Source of the DNA: Truepera sp.
GTDB lineage: Bacteria > Deinococcota > Deinococci > Deinococcales > Trueperaceae
Assembly: GCA_965218435.1 (NCBI GenBank)
Contig: CBDCKW010000009.1
Coordinates: 2,496,001-2,560,000 of the forward strand
Direction: 5' to 3'
DNA: 64,000 nucleotides
This document shows positions 52,171-62,169 of this stretch, piece after piece. Positions within the stretch are counted from its first letter, which is position 1. Every line of letters starts with the position of its first letter. The position numbers and the translations under genes were made by a program. The notes under the pieces are model-generated. The model saw only the letters and a program-made list of their open reading frames with translations, searched no databases and was not told the origin of the DNA.

Positions 52171-52761
52171 TCAGACGTCTAGGGCGCGGACAACGCTTAA
52201 AAAATCTGCAACGATGCTTCCGGTCAGGCCCCAGATCAGCCGTTCCCCGGCGGGGCTCTGGTGGGCGTAAAAGTAGATCACGCGGCGCTGACCCTCTAAC
52301 AGCCGGGTTTCTTGTCGAGGCGTAAGCGTGAGCAGTTCAGCCAAAGGCACCGTAAAGACTTCAGCAACTTCAGCCGTTTGTAACATAAGCGGTTGCGGCC
52401 ACGGCAAGACGCCGACGACCGGCGTCACCACGTAGCGAGCGGGCGAGGGCAGATCACTCAGCGTTCCTAAAAGGGCAGTTTCGGCGATGCCTAAGCCAAT
52501 CTCTTCAGCTGTTTCACGGCGGGCCGCGTCAGAGACACTTTCGCCCGCCTCGCGCCTCCCCCCCGGAAACGAAATCTGTCCCGCGTGATGCGGCAGCTGG
52601 GTGCTACGAACGGTAAAAAGGAGCTCGAGCCCCCCCGGTGCCCGTAAAAGCGGCACCAACACAGCGGCGCGGCGAAAGTCGGGGAAGTTCAAGGTTTTAC
52701 GGGGACGCGAAGGTAGTACGTCTTTAAGTTTTTCTAAAAGCGCGTCAGCTTCTAAGTTCAC
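52171..52761 (-). CDS. Nudix CoA pyrophosphatase (NudL-like)
   Basis: AAVLVP, HAGQISFPGG, RETAEEIG and IWGLT motifs. Confidence 0.92.
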   Translation of the reverse strand: MNLEADALLEKLKDVLPSRPRKTLNFPDFRRAAVLVPLLRAPGGLELLFTVRSTQLPHHAGQISFPGGRREAGESVSDAARRETAEEIGLGIAETALLGTLSDLPSPARYVVTPVVGVLPWPQPLMLQTAEVAEVFTVPLAELLTLTPRQETRLLEGQRRVIYFYAHQSPAGERLIWGLTGSIVADFLSVVRALDV

Positions 52762-53369
52762 GTAGCATCGGCTCGAGCGTCCGCCGCGCGGCGGAGCGCG
52801 AGTTCGGGATTAACTCCGGCGGCGCGGGTGTAATCCGTTACGGCGAGTAACAGCTCGCCAAGTGTTTCTTCAGTCGGTGGCGCGTTTAGTGCAGCTTCTA
52901 TCTCGGCACGACTACCGGAGGGCCACCCCAACTTTCGCCCCAGCTCTGCCGCCCGCATCAGGGCTGGCAAACTGCGCGGCACCCGTTCAGCCGGAGCCGG
53001 CTCGACGCCGCCCCGTTCCTCGCGTTTAATTCGCTCCCAATTGCGTTTGACCTCGGCAGAGTCAGCAACCTCCGTATTGCCAAAGATATGCGGGTGCCGC
53101 CGTACCAGTTTTTCGACGATGCTGTTCTCGATATCGTCATAAGAAAATGTCCCGGCTTCTTCTGCGACAACTGCGTGAAACGCAACTTGTAGCAAAACGT
53201 CGCCGAGTTCGTCCGCCATGTATTTAGGGTCGCCTGAAGAAAGGGCGTCAACCGCTTCAGCCGCCTCTTCTAACAGGTAAGGCCGCAAGCTTTCGTGCGT
53301 TTGTTCTCTGTCCCAAGGGCAACCGTCCGGGGCGCGGAGGCGTCGCATCGTCGTTAAGAGTTTGTCCAT
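52758..53369 (-). CDS. mazG: MazG family nucleoside triphosphate pyrophosphohydrolase
   Basis: GCPWD, EELGD-like DELGD and RRHPH motifs. Confidence 0.9.
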   Translation of the reverse strand: MDKLLTTMRRLRAPDGCPWDREQTHESLRPYLLEEAAEAVDALSSGDPKYMADELGDVLLQVAFHAVVAEEAGTFSYDDIENSIVEKLVRRHPHIFGNTEVADSAEVKRNWERIKREERGGVEPAPAERVPRSLPALMRAAELGRKLGWPSGSRAEIEAALNAPPTEETLGELLLAVTDYTRAAGVNPELALRRAADARADAT

Positions 53370-53396
53370 AGGCTAGTTTATCTGTCTAAACTAGAC

Positions 53397-54641
53397 CTAA
53401 ACAGCTTGCTTACGACTCGAGCTTATTCTCCCTGCCGCTACAGATAAAACAATCACCCCAGCCAGCAGATACCCGGCCGTTTGCGTGTTGATAAGCATCA
53501 CACCGAGGCTATCCCCAAGCACACCTGAACCGAGCATCCCGACGAGTTGCGCCGCGCCGAATACGGCAAAGTAGGCGCTAAAGACCCGCCCGCGCACCTG
53601 CGGCTCAGCTTCGGTTTGCAAAATCGTCATCTGCGCGGTAGAGAACATCGCAAACGGTAAACCGGCAACTGCAACAAGGATAAGACTAGGCCAAAATACC
53701 GGATATACGAGTGGGTAGTTAAGGAGTAGACCAACCGTAACACCACTCAGTAATGCACCCCAACCTAAAAGTTTCAACATCGGGATACGGTCAGCGAAGT
53801 TGGTCAGCAAAAGTCCGGCAGTAATACCGCCAACAGCTTGCGCCGACATGATAAGGCCGAGCTCGAGCCCCCCACCCCCCAGCATCACCTTGACAAAGGG
53901 TGCCATCAGCGTTGAAATTGTGCCTTCGCCCAAGCCCGTCAGCGCCACAACCGAAAAGCTCAGCACTAGAGTGCGGTTTCGTCTCACCGCGCCGAGCCCT
54001 GTTCGCCATTCGCTGACTAACCGCCGAAACAATCCCGTAACTACCGCCTGCTCTCTCGTAATTTGTGGCGCACGCACGCCCAGGACAAGTAGCGCAGCCA
54101 AAAGGTATGTCAGTGCGTTCACTACGACGACCCCGCCAAAGCCAACCGACGCGATTAAAAGCCCACCCAGCGCAGGCCCAACGAGCCGTGCAAGATTGTT
54201 GTTCAGTGCGTTCAAGCTGTTCGCCGCTCCTAACCGCGTCTCGTCTACGAGCGTCGGCAAAAGCGCATTTTCTGCTGGGCCGATGAACTGCCCGACCGAC
54301 GATTGTAAAAACGCAATAGGAACGACCAGCCACCACGGAGCCTGTAACACGGTGAGGAACAAAAGCGTCACCCCGACCAACACAAAGTTAGCGATGACCA
54401 TCGTGCGCCGATAATCCCAGCGGTCAACCAGCACGCCCGCAAGCTGCCCCACGACAATCATCGGTAAGGCGCTGGCGATGACGCTAAAACTCGTCGCCAA
54501 AGTTGAGCCGGTTTGGTTATAAACGTAGACCGGCAACGCGATAAAGAGCATGTAGTTACCGACCCACGAGACGAGGCCAGCCCACCACATCAGCATGAAG
54601 TTACGGTTACGCAGGAGTTGTAAAAGGGGGCGTTCAGTCAT
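53397..54641 (-). CDS. MFS transporter
   Basis: About 12 TM segments; GVLVDRWDYRR motif A. Confidence 0.92.
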   Translation of the reverse strand: MTERPLLQLLRNRNFMLMWWAGLVSWVGNYMLFIALPVYVYNQTGSTLATSFSVIASALPMIVVGQLAGVLVDRWDYRRTMVIANFVLVGVTLLFLTVLQAPWWLVVPIAFLQSSVGQFIGPAENALLPTLVDETRLGAANSLNALNNNLARLVGPALGGLLIASVGFGGVVVVNALTYLLAALLVLGVRAPQITREQAVVTGLFRRLVSEWRTGLGAVRRNRTLVLSFSVVALTGLGEGTISTLMAPFVKVMLGGGGLELGLIMSAQAVGGITAGLLLTNFADRIPMLKLLGWGALLSGVTVGLLLNYPLVYPVFWPSLILVAVAGLPFAMFSTAQMTILQTEAEPQVRGRVFSAYFAVFGAAQLVGMLGSGVLGDSLGVMLINTQTAGYLLAGVIVLSVAAGRISSSRKQAV

Positions 54642-54671
54642 CTATACAGCTTGAGTGCTAAGCTAGTGCAA

Positions 54672-55319
54672 ATGACAGTATCAGATTCAGGTAGCTTTTT
54701 TACGGTGGCAGATACCGAACAAGCGCGGCTACTGACAGAACCCACCAGCAAGGGGTTTTTCAAACCGTTTTTAGCCCATGAGCGCAGTGCCTCGGAAGCC
54801 GCAGCCATCATGCGCTGTAGCCTCAACACCATGCTCTACCGTATTAAGACGCTTTTACGGGCGGGGCTGCTCGAGGTCACTCAAGAAAAACAACGTAAAG
54901 GCCGCGCCGTCAAAATTTACCGTTCAGTTCACGACGCGTACTTCATCCCGTTTAAGGTGACACCTTACGCGACGATTGAAGAGCGGCTCGAGGTTCAATC
55001 TGAACCTATCTTCGCAGGGCTTATTCGCTCTTACGCCGCCACACTTGATAAAAACGACCGCTACGGACATCACATCTTTATCGGTGAAGGTGGCGCAGTA
55101 TGGACGAGCGACCTCTTACCCGAGCTGACTCCAACTGGCCTACCGAATATCTTTACCGATATTTACATCAAATTACATGACGAAGACGCTCATGCTTTAG
55201 GTGAAGAACTGAGAGAGTTGCTCGAGCGTGCCCTACGTTTAGACAGGAAAGCACAGAACGACCCTGAGGCTCGAGCCTATCTGAATATGGTGGCACTTTT
55301 ACCTTTTAGCTCGAGCTAA
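54672..55319 (+). CDS. ArsR-like winged-HTH regulator
   Basis: SASEAA...LYRIKTLLRAGLL, RKGRAVKIYR; divergent from the MFS gene; TAAGCT-7 nt-ATG. Confidence 0.75.
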   Translation: MTVSDSGSFFTVADTEQARLLTEPTSKGFFKPFLAHERSASEAAAIMRCSLNTMLYRIKTLLRAGLLEVTQEKQRKGRAVKIYRSVHDAYFIPFKVTPYATIEERLEVQSEPIFAGLIRSYAATLDKNDRYGHHIFIGEGGAVWTSDLLPELTPTGLPNIFTDIYIKLHDEDAHALGEELRELLERALRLDRKAQNDPEARAYLNMVALLPFSSS

Positions 55320-55375
55320 ACCAGCTGCAAGAACGAAATATGCGCTGTGCTCGAGCCTCAGCGGTAAGGTAGAGC

Positions 55376-56680
55376 GTGAGTTCTAAAACGTCTAAAAAAC
55401 AGCAAAAGCAAAGCAGCAAACTTTCCCTGCTCGACGCCTGCGCGATGGCGATTGGTGGGATGGTCGGTGGCGGCATCTTCGCGGTGCTCGGCGAAGCGGT
55501 CGGAAGGGCGGGAAACGCCGCTTTTATCGCCTTTATTCTGGCGGGTCTGCTGGCGCTCCTGACCGGCGTCTCGTACAGCCGCCTGACGCTCGACTTCGAT
55601 GAACCCGGCGGCAGCTTTACCTTTGTCGAAGAGTTAGCCGGGGCACGCACCGCCGGGACGGTGAGCTGGTTTTTGCTGCTCGGCTACGTGTTTACGCTCA
55701 GCTTGTACGCGCACACCTTCGGGGTGTACGCCGCGCGGCTTTTGGGTTTAGGCGAAGGCTGGAGCCCGGTCCTCGGGGGCGCAATCGTGGTGGCGCTCGC
55801 GGGGCTCAATCTAGGCGGCGTCCACGAATCAGGCATTGCTGAAGATGTGTTGGTCTACCTTAAAGTGGCGATTTTGCTGTTCGTCGCGGGCGTCGGTTTT
55901 TTTGCGGTACAGGGACCACAGGCGTTGCCGGTGCTCGAGTTCGGCGCTTCGGGCATCGTGAGCGCGGCGGCGCTAATTTTCGTCGCGTATGAAGGCTTTG
56001 AACTGCTCACGTACGACTACGACGATATTAAAGACAATCATAGAAATTTACCCAGGGCCATCTGGATTTCGATTCCTACGGTAATCATCATCTATATCTT
56101 AGTGGCGTTCGTGACAACCGGCAGCGTCAGCAATCAGACGGTTTCGCAACATGAGGAGACGGTGCTCGCCTACGTCGCACAGCCGATTTTAGGGCGTGTG
56201 GGGTTTGTCGCCGTCCTCGTCGCCGCTGTTTTTTCGACCGCTTCAGCGATTAACGCGACGCTTTTTGCTTCGGCGCGGCTCGCCAAGCGGGTTACGGATG
56301 ACCATCAGCTGCCCCCCGGTATTGCCCGCTGGCAGCGAAGCGGTGTCCCGGTGGTGTACATTCTCATCTCTGCGGGTAGCGTCGTCGTCGTGCAGGCTTT
56401 GGGCAACTTGGGCCAGATTACGACCTTCTCGAGCCTGGTCTTTTTACTCGTTTACGCGGTGGTTAATCTAAGCGCCGTCATTCACCGCAGCTACCAGGGC
56501 TGGCGGCTCGCTTTTCCCACATTGGGGTTGGTCGGCTGTTTAGCTGCCGCCGGGATGCTGGCGTTTAGTGCTTATCAGGATAATCCGGCGACGCTCTGGC
56601 TGATTTTAGGCGTCGCCGCAGCTCTGCTCGTTCTCAGAATCTTATTCTTTTTCCACCCGCACTTTCGGGCTCGAGGCTAG
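55376..56680 (+). CDS. APC family amino acid permease
   Basis: GGMVGGGIF and AYEGFE motifs; about 12 TM segments. Confidence 0.92.
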   Translation: MSSKTSKKQQKQSSKLSLLDACAMAIGGMVGGGIFAVLGEAVGRAGNAAFIAFILAGLLALLTGVSYSRLTLDFDEPGGSFTFVEELAGARTAGTVSWFLLLGYVFTLSLYAHTFGVYAARLLGLGEGWSPVLGGAIVVALAGLNLGGVHESGIAEDVLVYLKVAILLFVAGVGFFAVQGPQALPVLEFGASGIVSAAALIFVAYEGFELLTYDYDDIKDNHRNLPRAIWISIPTVIIIYILVAFVTTGSVSNQTVSQHEETVLAYVAQPILGRVGFVAVLVAAVFSTASAINATLFASARLAKRVTDDHQLPPGIARWQRSGVPVVYILISAGSVVVVQALGNLGQITTFSSLVFLLVYAVVNLSAVIHRSYQGWRLAFPTLGLVGCLAAAGMLAFSAYQDNPATLWLILGVAAALLVLRILFFFHPHFRARG

Positions 56681-56965
56681 CCAGACGATAGAACACACAA
56701 ACTTCTGACCTAGGCGCGACGATGTTAGCGAAACCTAAAAGGTTTTGTGTTTTGACTTGTGGCTGCGAAAATAGATGAACGGAGGTTAGCGTAGCAGGCC
56801 GGAAAGAGAGAGGTTTGTGAGAAACATCATAGTTAAGCTTCACAGTTCTCATGAACGGCAGCATAATCATCGTACAAAGGTTTTTACACGTCTCCTCTTA
56901 TTCCGTATAAGTACTAGTTAAGCCCCAGAAGCTGCATCTATTCACGCCACAGAGAGGAACACCAC

Positions 56966-57346
56966 GTGTCTCGTCAGATCGTGTTCAGCGCAAAGGCTGC
57001 GAAACCACCGGCGACCTACAGCCAAGCGGTCAAGGCAGCTGGCCTTGTGTTTGTCTCTGGAACGTCGCCAATCGATCCAGTCACGGGAAAGATTGAAGGC
57101 ACAACAATCCAGGAGCAAACAGCTCGGTGCCTGGCAAACATCCGCGCCATCCTCGAAGAGACCGGTAGTTCCATGGATAAGGTGGCCAGCATGACAGTAG
57201 TGCTGGCGGAGGAAGATGACTTCGCGGGCATGAACGAAGAGTGGCTCAAGTGGTTCCCGTCTGATCCTCCGGCTCGCCAAGGCGCAAAGCTTCCTGTCCG
57301 TGTCCCCGGTCTGAAGATCTCAATTGCTGCCATCGCTGAGGCCTAA
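56966..57346 (+). CDS. RidA/YjgF family protein (in a cassette-like unit)
   Basis: YSQAVKA, FVSG and PPAR motifs. Confidence 0.92.
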   Translation: MSRQIVFSAKAAKPPATYSQAVKAAGLVFVSGTSPIDPVTGKIEGTTIQEQTARCLANIRAILEETGSSMDKVASMTVVLAEEDDFAGMNEEWLKWFPSDPPARQGAKLPVRVPGLKISIAAIAEA

Positions 57347-57381
57347 CCTTTCCATCGAGGCGACGTCCTAAACGGCTGCGC
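57341..57381 (+). repeat. Left half of an attC-like site
   Basis: GCCTAAC (RYYYAAC) overlaps the stop codon, followed by CTTTCCATCGAGGCGAC; no pairing right arm. Confidence 0.6.
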
Positions 57382-57509
57382 TCAAGGCGGGCGCGAGGCC
57401 AGTAGCATTATTGTGCCCTAAAAGTTAGACTGTTCCTACTACAGCTCCGCAACAGCCCTTTAGTTGTAGCTGCCACGAGTACCCTCACGGCAGGCCCGAG
57501 AAAGTCCGT

Positions 57510-58472
57510 ATGACCGCATTACCCATTGGCCTAACGGTTTGTCCTTTTAGGATAGACACTGACGTACCGCCCCTCTTGCAGCTTTTAACTGAAGTTGAAG
57601 CCGTTGACAAAGGTGAGTTGCTTTCAGAAGAGCAATTACAGCTTTATTTGTCGCTACCGAATCACAACTCTGAAACCGACCGTTGGATCATCGCGCATCC
57701 CGATGACGCAGACGTACTTATCGCTCACGCCGAGCTGTATTTGCCGAATGACAAGGATGATCGCCGGGTTGCTGACGGAACGCTCGTCGTTCATCCACAG
57801 TGGCGGCAGCAAGGTTTGGGAAATATCCTTTTTTCAAAGATTGAAGAAAGACTTGCGCAAGTTTCTGACATTGCCTTACGCTTCTACCTCGACCCACGTC
57901 TCGAGGCTGCCATTAGGTTCGCTGGAGAGAGAAGGCTCGAGCCCAACCTAGCTGACACCTACAACGAAATGCACGCCGTCTTAGCCGACGTAACGACCGA
58001 ACCCGTGCTACCGGATGGTTTTCTACTCCGTTCGTACCGAGACGTTGACGATTTGCCGACCCTTGTTGAAGCCTTAAACCGTGGGTTTGAAGGACTTTTG
58101 GGACATCACCACACGACCGAAACCGAGTTTGCGCCGCACCTTGCCCAAATTGACTGGGACGGTTTGTTTCTCCTCTTTGCTCCAGACGGCAGTGTTGCCG
58201 GAGAAGTAAGCGCAGAACTTGCACCCGACCTCACGGAACGCAACGGCGTCTCGACAGGCCGAGTTGACAGCCCCGGCGTCATTCCTGAATATCGTTCGCT
58301 CGAGCTTTACGGCGGACTTTTACTTTCAGGCGTAGCATATCTCAAGCAGCAAGGCGCTGTAAAGGCCGAACTTCAGTCGTGGGGTGACGCGCCGGAGACG
58401 ATTCAGCTGTACGCGTCACTGGGGTTTAGAACCGTGCATCAGCAGGTTGCATATCAGCGAGAGGTCATTTGA
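57510..58472 (+). CDS. Tandem GNAT acetyltransferase (MshD-like fold)
   Basis: VHPQWRQQGLG, GVIPEYR and LYASLGF motifs. Confidence 0.85.
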   Translation: MTALPIGLTVCPFRIDTDVPPLLQLLTEVEAVDKGELLSEEQLQLYLSLPNHNSETDRWIIAHPDDADVLIAHAELYLPNDKDDRRVADGTLVVHPQWRQQGLGNILFSKIEERLAQVSDIALRFYLDPRLEAAIRFAGERRLEPNLADTYNEMHAVLADVTTEPVLPDGFLLRSYRDVDDLPTLVEALNRGFEGLLGHHHTTETEFAPHLAQIDWDGLFLLFAPDGSVAGEVSAELAPDLTERNGVSTGRVDSPGVIPEYRSLELYGGLLLSGVAYLKQQGAVKAELQSWGDAPETIQLYASLGFRTVHQQVAYQREVI

Positions 58473-58492
58473 TAAACTTCAAAGAGAAGATT

Positions 58493-58687
58493 TCAAAACG
58501 CTTTGGGTAAACCCGCCTGCTTGAGCACGCTATTGGCTGTGTGCCGAGATTTGATCTTGCTGTCTACCGGAAAGTAGTGATCATTTACAGGGCTGTACCA
58601 AAGCTCGTGATCGCCTTTGCCCTGGCGGTAAAACTTGCAGCCTGCCTTTCTCAGTAGTTTTTTGAGCTGCGGAGCATAGTCGGCCAT
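58493..58687 (-). CDS. hicA: HicA family toxin
   Basis: RQGKGDHELW and ANSVLKQAGL motifs. Confidence 0.88.
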   Translation of the reverse strand: MADYAPQLKKLLRKAGCKFYRQGKGDHELWYSPVNDHYFPVDSKIKSRHTANSVLKQAGLPKAF

Positions 58688-58911
58688 TAAGCCGCGTTTA
58701 GCGTGCGCTCTGCTTTTAGGTGAATCGTACACGTGCCGATAAGCTCAGGCGCGTTTAGCTCGAGCAACTCTGGAATCAGGCTTTCAAGTTTGATCGCTAG
58801 CTGCTCGAGCGTTTCAGCCTCCGTGACCAAGCCGGGTACATGGTCACTTTCTGCAACCCACACGCCCGCTTCGGTATCCCAAACGGCCCGCACTTCTATG
58901 TCTTGTGCCAT
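58687..58911 (-). CDS. DUF1902/HicB-like antitoxin
   Basis: WDTEAGVWVAES..PGLVTEA, IPELLELN; TAATG overlap with hicA. Confidence 0.85.
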   Translation of the reverse strand: MAQDIEVRAVWDTEAGVWVAESDHVPGLVTEAETLEQLAIKLESLIPELLELNAPELIGTCTIHLKAERTLNAA

Positions 58912-58953
58912 CACATCAGTATAGACGTATATCGTCTCGGTAAGGCGAAATCT

Positions 58954-59601
58954 TTACCCGTGCGCTTGCAACAGCTTCTCCAACTCCGCCTCTTTATTCG
59001 CCCGGTCACGTTCTGAAATAGGCGCGGCCAGGTGGCGGCGCAGCGTTTCCGCGTCCAGCTTTGGCTTATGAAAGTCACGGAACATCTCGACGGCTGAAAG
59101 GGTCTCGCCCTTATAAGGGTGCAGCGTGACCTCATCACCGACTTGAACGCTACCTACTTGCAACACACGGCAGTACACGCCGGGACGTTCCGCCTCTCGG
59201 AACTTTTTGACGAACATCTCATCTTCCATCCGCGCCGCCAAAGTGACACAGGGGACGCGCGGTGAGGTGACCTCGAGCACTACCGTCCCGACTTCTAAGC
59301 GGTCACCGACCTGTAAACCGGCACTCTCAAACCCGCTTACCGTCAGGTTCTCGCCGAAGGTACCAGGATGGAATTCCTTACCCAAAGCTTCTGCCCACCA
59401 GTCATAATCAGGTACGCCGTAAACATACACCGCCTGATCTACCCCGCCGTGATTTTTGGTGTCGCAAATGGCGTCATCTTCCAAACCCAACGTGCCGACC
59501 CTGACCGGAGCGTCGGTAGAGCGTTTGTAAATTCCTGTCTGCCCCGATTTTGCCTCGATAGCTCGAGCTTTCCCGATGTTGACGCTGGTTAGTTTCATCA
59601 T
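58954..59601 (-). CDS. MOSC domain protein (YiiM-like)
   Basis: HGG, FGENL, PRVPC and GVYCRV motifs. Confidence 0.92.
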   Translation of the reverse strand: MMKLTSVNIGKARAIEAKSGQTGIYKRSTDAPVRVGTLGLEDDAICDTKNHGGVDQAVYVYGVPDYDWWAEALGKEFHPGTFGENLTVSGFESAGLQVGDRLEVGTVVLEVTSPRVPCVTLAARMEDEMFVKKFREAERPGVYCRVLQVGSVQVGDEVTLHPYKGETLSAVEMFRDFHKPKLDAETLRRHLAAPISERDRANKEAELEKLLQAHG

Positions 59602-59754
59602 GCTCCTTTATCAGCCGTAGTTTACAAGATACGAGCTGGAGCCGCCGCGCGGCAAAAATACACTTTGGTCAGGTCGCTTTGTAAGCAGTCTTCTCCTTTG
59701 ATTAACCGTCTCTTAAATTGGCCCTCATCTACCTGAGCACAAGGTTAGGCTAAA

Positions 59755-60177
59755 ATGAAAGAGATGAGCAAGTTTTTATCTGCCTTCGCCGCAGACCCCG
59801 AAGAACAGCGGTTTAACAAAGCGGTCATACATTTGCGCTCGCTCGTATTTAGCCCTCTAAGTGACGATCACGTCGTTGCGCTGGCCTTACTTTACGAACT
59901 CGGTGAGTTGTACCGGCGGGCTTTTGAAACCGACCAGGTACGCCACACCTCGGCGCAGCATGGCACTCAGGAAGAGGCGCTTGGGGCACACCTGCGTGCG
60001 CTCGGTCTACCCGGCAAGGTCAGCGACTTGACCCCAGCCCAATTAGAAATATTGGTCAACACTTGGGAAGTGCGCTCGAGCAGTCTCCCGCAACCCTTTG
60101 ACCAGACGATGCGTGCGTTCGTGTTACACGTAAAAACGCTCCTCAGCTCGAGCCAACCGTCTGCTTTGACCCTATAG
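59755..60177 (+). CDS. Hypothetical protein
   Basis: 140-aa ORF with host-like codon style; no family recognised. Confidence 0.55.
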   Translation: MKEMSKFLSAFAADPEEQRFNKAVIHLRSLVFSPLSDDHVVALALLYELGELYRRAFETDQVRHTSAQHGTQEEALGAHLRALGLPGKVSDLTPAQLEILVNTWEVRSSSLPQPFDQTMRAFVLHVKTLLSSSQPSALTL

Positions 60178-60345
60178 TTTTTGGCCCTATAGTTGAGAAG
60201 CGCCTCGAAACTTACGACTGCGTCATGTTTTCTTTGGCGGACGGCCAGTTTATAGATTCTGTCTCCTGTATGCTCAATTCTTTCTTCTTACGCCCGGTGC
60301 CCTGCAGTGCCGCCAGCCGAGTTTAGCAACACAGCTTAGCCAGCC

Positions 60346-60705
60346 CTAAAGCTCGCGTTCACGGCCCCGTCCGATCAGCGCGTTGAGGGCAGTGCTGATA
60401 ATCGTCAAGACGAGCGCCGCAATCAGCGTCGTCCCGAAACCGGTCGTCGCCAGCGGGGTCAGCGCAACCACGATGCCGAGTGTGACCGCGTTGACGACCA
60501 GCAAAAAGAGCCCGAGCGTCAAGAGCGTTAGGGGCAGCGTTAAGAGGATCATGATGGGGCGCACGACGGCGTTGACCAAACCCAAGACGAGCGCGGCAAT
60601 AAGAATCGGCCAGAGGCCCGGTTGGGTAAAGCTGATGCCCGGAATGATCTGGGTCGTCAACCAAAGCGAGACGGCGTTGAGCAGCCAGCGGAGGAGCAGA
60701 TACAT
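60346..60705 (-). CDS. YvlD/phage holin_4_2 family membrane protein
   Basis: LGLVNAVVRP...LTLP..LLTLGLF..VVNA pattern. Confidence 0.9.
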   Translation of the reverse strand: MYLLLRWLLNAVSLWLTTQIIPGISFTQPGLWPILIAALVLGLVNAVVRPIMILLTLPLTLLTLGLFLLVVNAVTLGIVVALTPLATTGFGTTLIAALVLTIISTALNALIGRGREREL

Positions 60706-60779
60706 AGGGTCAGTTTAGCAGGGTTTTAGTTTAGCAGGGCGCTGTGTGCGGCGGCTAGCGAGCCGGTTAAACTAGCCTT

Positions 60780-61043
60780 ATGCGCTATACACTCGACCGC
60801 TTTGAAGACGCGGGACTCGCGGTGCTCGAGACCGACACCGGCGACTCGCTCATCGTCCCCCGCACCGAGTTGCCCCCGGACGTGCAGGAGGGCGACGTTT
60901 TGAGTAAGCTGCCCTGGTACCGCTGGCACGACGAGGTTCGTTATACCGCCGAGCCAGACTTAACCGCCGAGCGCCGCCGCGAGGGTGAACAGCTCCGCGC
61001 CGAATTATCCGTACTCAAAGACAAGGGCGACATCGAACTGTGA
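60780..61043 (+). CDS. DUF3006 family protein
   Basis: LDRFE...AVLE and [11 protein letters not shown] motifs. Confidence 0.8.
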   Translation: MRYTLDRFEDAGLAVLETDTGDSLIVPRTELPPDVQEGDVLSKLPWYRWHDEVRYTAEPDLTAERRREGEQLRAELSVLKDKGDIEL

Positions 61044-62077
61044 ACAGGTGTAACGTAACCCAAACCGTTACAAGAGCTTTTGCTACGCTCAGCTTGCTGC
61101 TCGTCTTACTGGTTGGTTGTGAAAACTCACCCGAACGCCTCACACTAAGTTTTATTGACGTGGGTCAAGGTGACGCCGTACTCATCCGCTCGCCTTCGGG
61201 TCAAAACGTCCTTTACGACGGCGGCAGGCCCGACAAAGAAGTACTGGAGTATCTGCAATCCGTCGGGGTGACTACGCTCGATCTAGTGATCGCCTCGCAC
61301 GCCGACGCCGACCATATCGGGGGGCTCGAGGCGGTGGTGCGCACCTACAAACCCCGGCTCTTTATGGACAACGGTTTGCCGCACGATACGCAAACCTACC
61401 AGGGGCTTTTACGGGCAGTACAAGCTGCGGGTTCTCAAGTCGTGCCGCCGACGGCGCGGCGTATCGGTTTGGGTGACGCGTCGCTGCAGGTCATTCCGCC
61501 GCCGGACGACGCCGGTATGAGCAGCAACGACCACAGCGTCGGTGTAATCGTGAGTTATGGCAAATTTCGGGCCGCGCTAACCGGTGACGCCGAAGTATCT
61601 GAGTTTCGTTGGTGGCTGGACAACGTTCCTGAGTTGCTAGAGCCCGTTGAGGTCTATAAAGCGGCGCATCACGGCTCGCCCAATGGTGACAGCGAAGAGA
61701 GTATGACGACGTTCAAACCCAAAACGGTCGTGATTTCGGTAGGCAAAGATAACGCCTACGGGCACCCGTCAGCAGAGGCGTTGGCACTTTACCAGGGCGT
61801 CGGCGCAGAGGTTTACCGCACCGACCAGAGCGGCACCATCAGTGTTTCGGCAGCGCAAAACGGCAGCTATCAGGTGAGCGTGAACCCTACCACGGGCGCA
61901 GAAGCTGAACGTCCAGAGCCTACAGATTTCGGTGCAGCATCGGATGAAAATGACCGCGATTGTAGCGACTTTGCCACGCAAGTCGAGGCGCAAGCGTTTT
62001 TCGAGGCGGCGGGGCCGGGTGACCCGAATAGACTCGACGGGAACGGCGACGGGGTGGTCTGTACGTCACTGCCCTGA
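61040..62077 (+). CDS. ComEC/Rec2-type MBL-fold lipoprotein with C-terminal Excalibur domain
   Basis: Lipobox LVGC; DVGQGD, SHADADH, HHGS and YGHP motifs; DCSDF...[10 protein letters not shown]. Confidence 0.88.
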   Translation: MNRCNVTQTVTRAFATLSLLLVLLVGCENSPERLTLSFIDVGQGDAVLIRSPSGQNVLYDGGRPDKEVLEYLQSVGVTTLDLVIASHADADHIGGLEAVVRTYKPRLFMDNGLPHDTQTYQGLLRAVQAAGSQVVPPTARRIGLGDASLQVIPPPDDAGMSSNDHSVGVIVSYGKFRAALTGDAEVSEFRWWLDNVPELLEPVEVYKAAHHGSPNGDSEESMTTFKPKTVVISVGKDNAYGHPSAEALALYQGVGAEVYRTDQSGTISVSAAQNGSYQVSVNPTTGAEAERPEPTDFGAASDENDRDCSDFATQVEAQAFFEAAGPGDPNRLDGNGDGVVCTSLP

Positions 62078-62169
62078 CCGAAAGAGTATCAACGCAACTA
62101 ATGAACCAAGAATAAGTTTACGTTCGGTTTCGGCCTTTTTCATCTGCTGGCGCTTCTACCGCAACAGCT

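Noticed and set aside
60346..60705. Prophage suggested by a holin-family gene
   Set aside because: YvlD-type proteins are common chromosomal genes; no phage genes nearby
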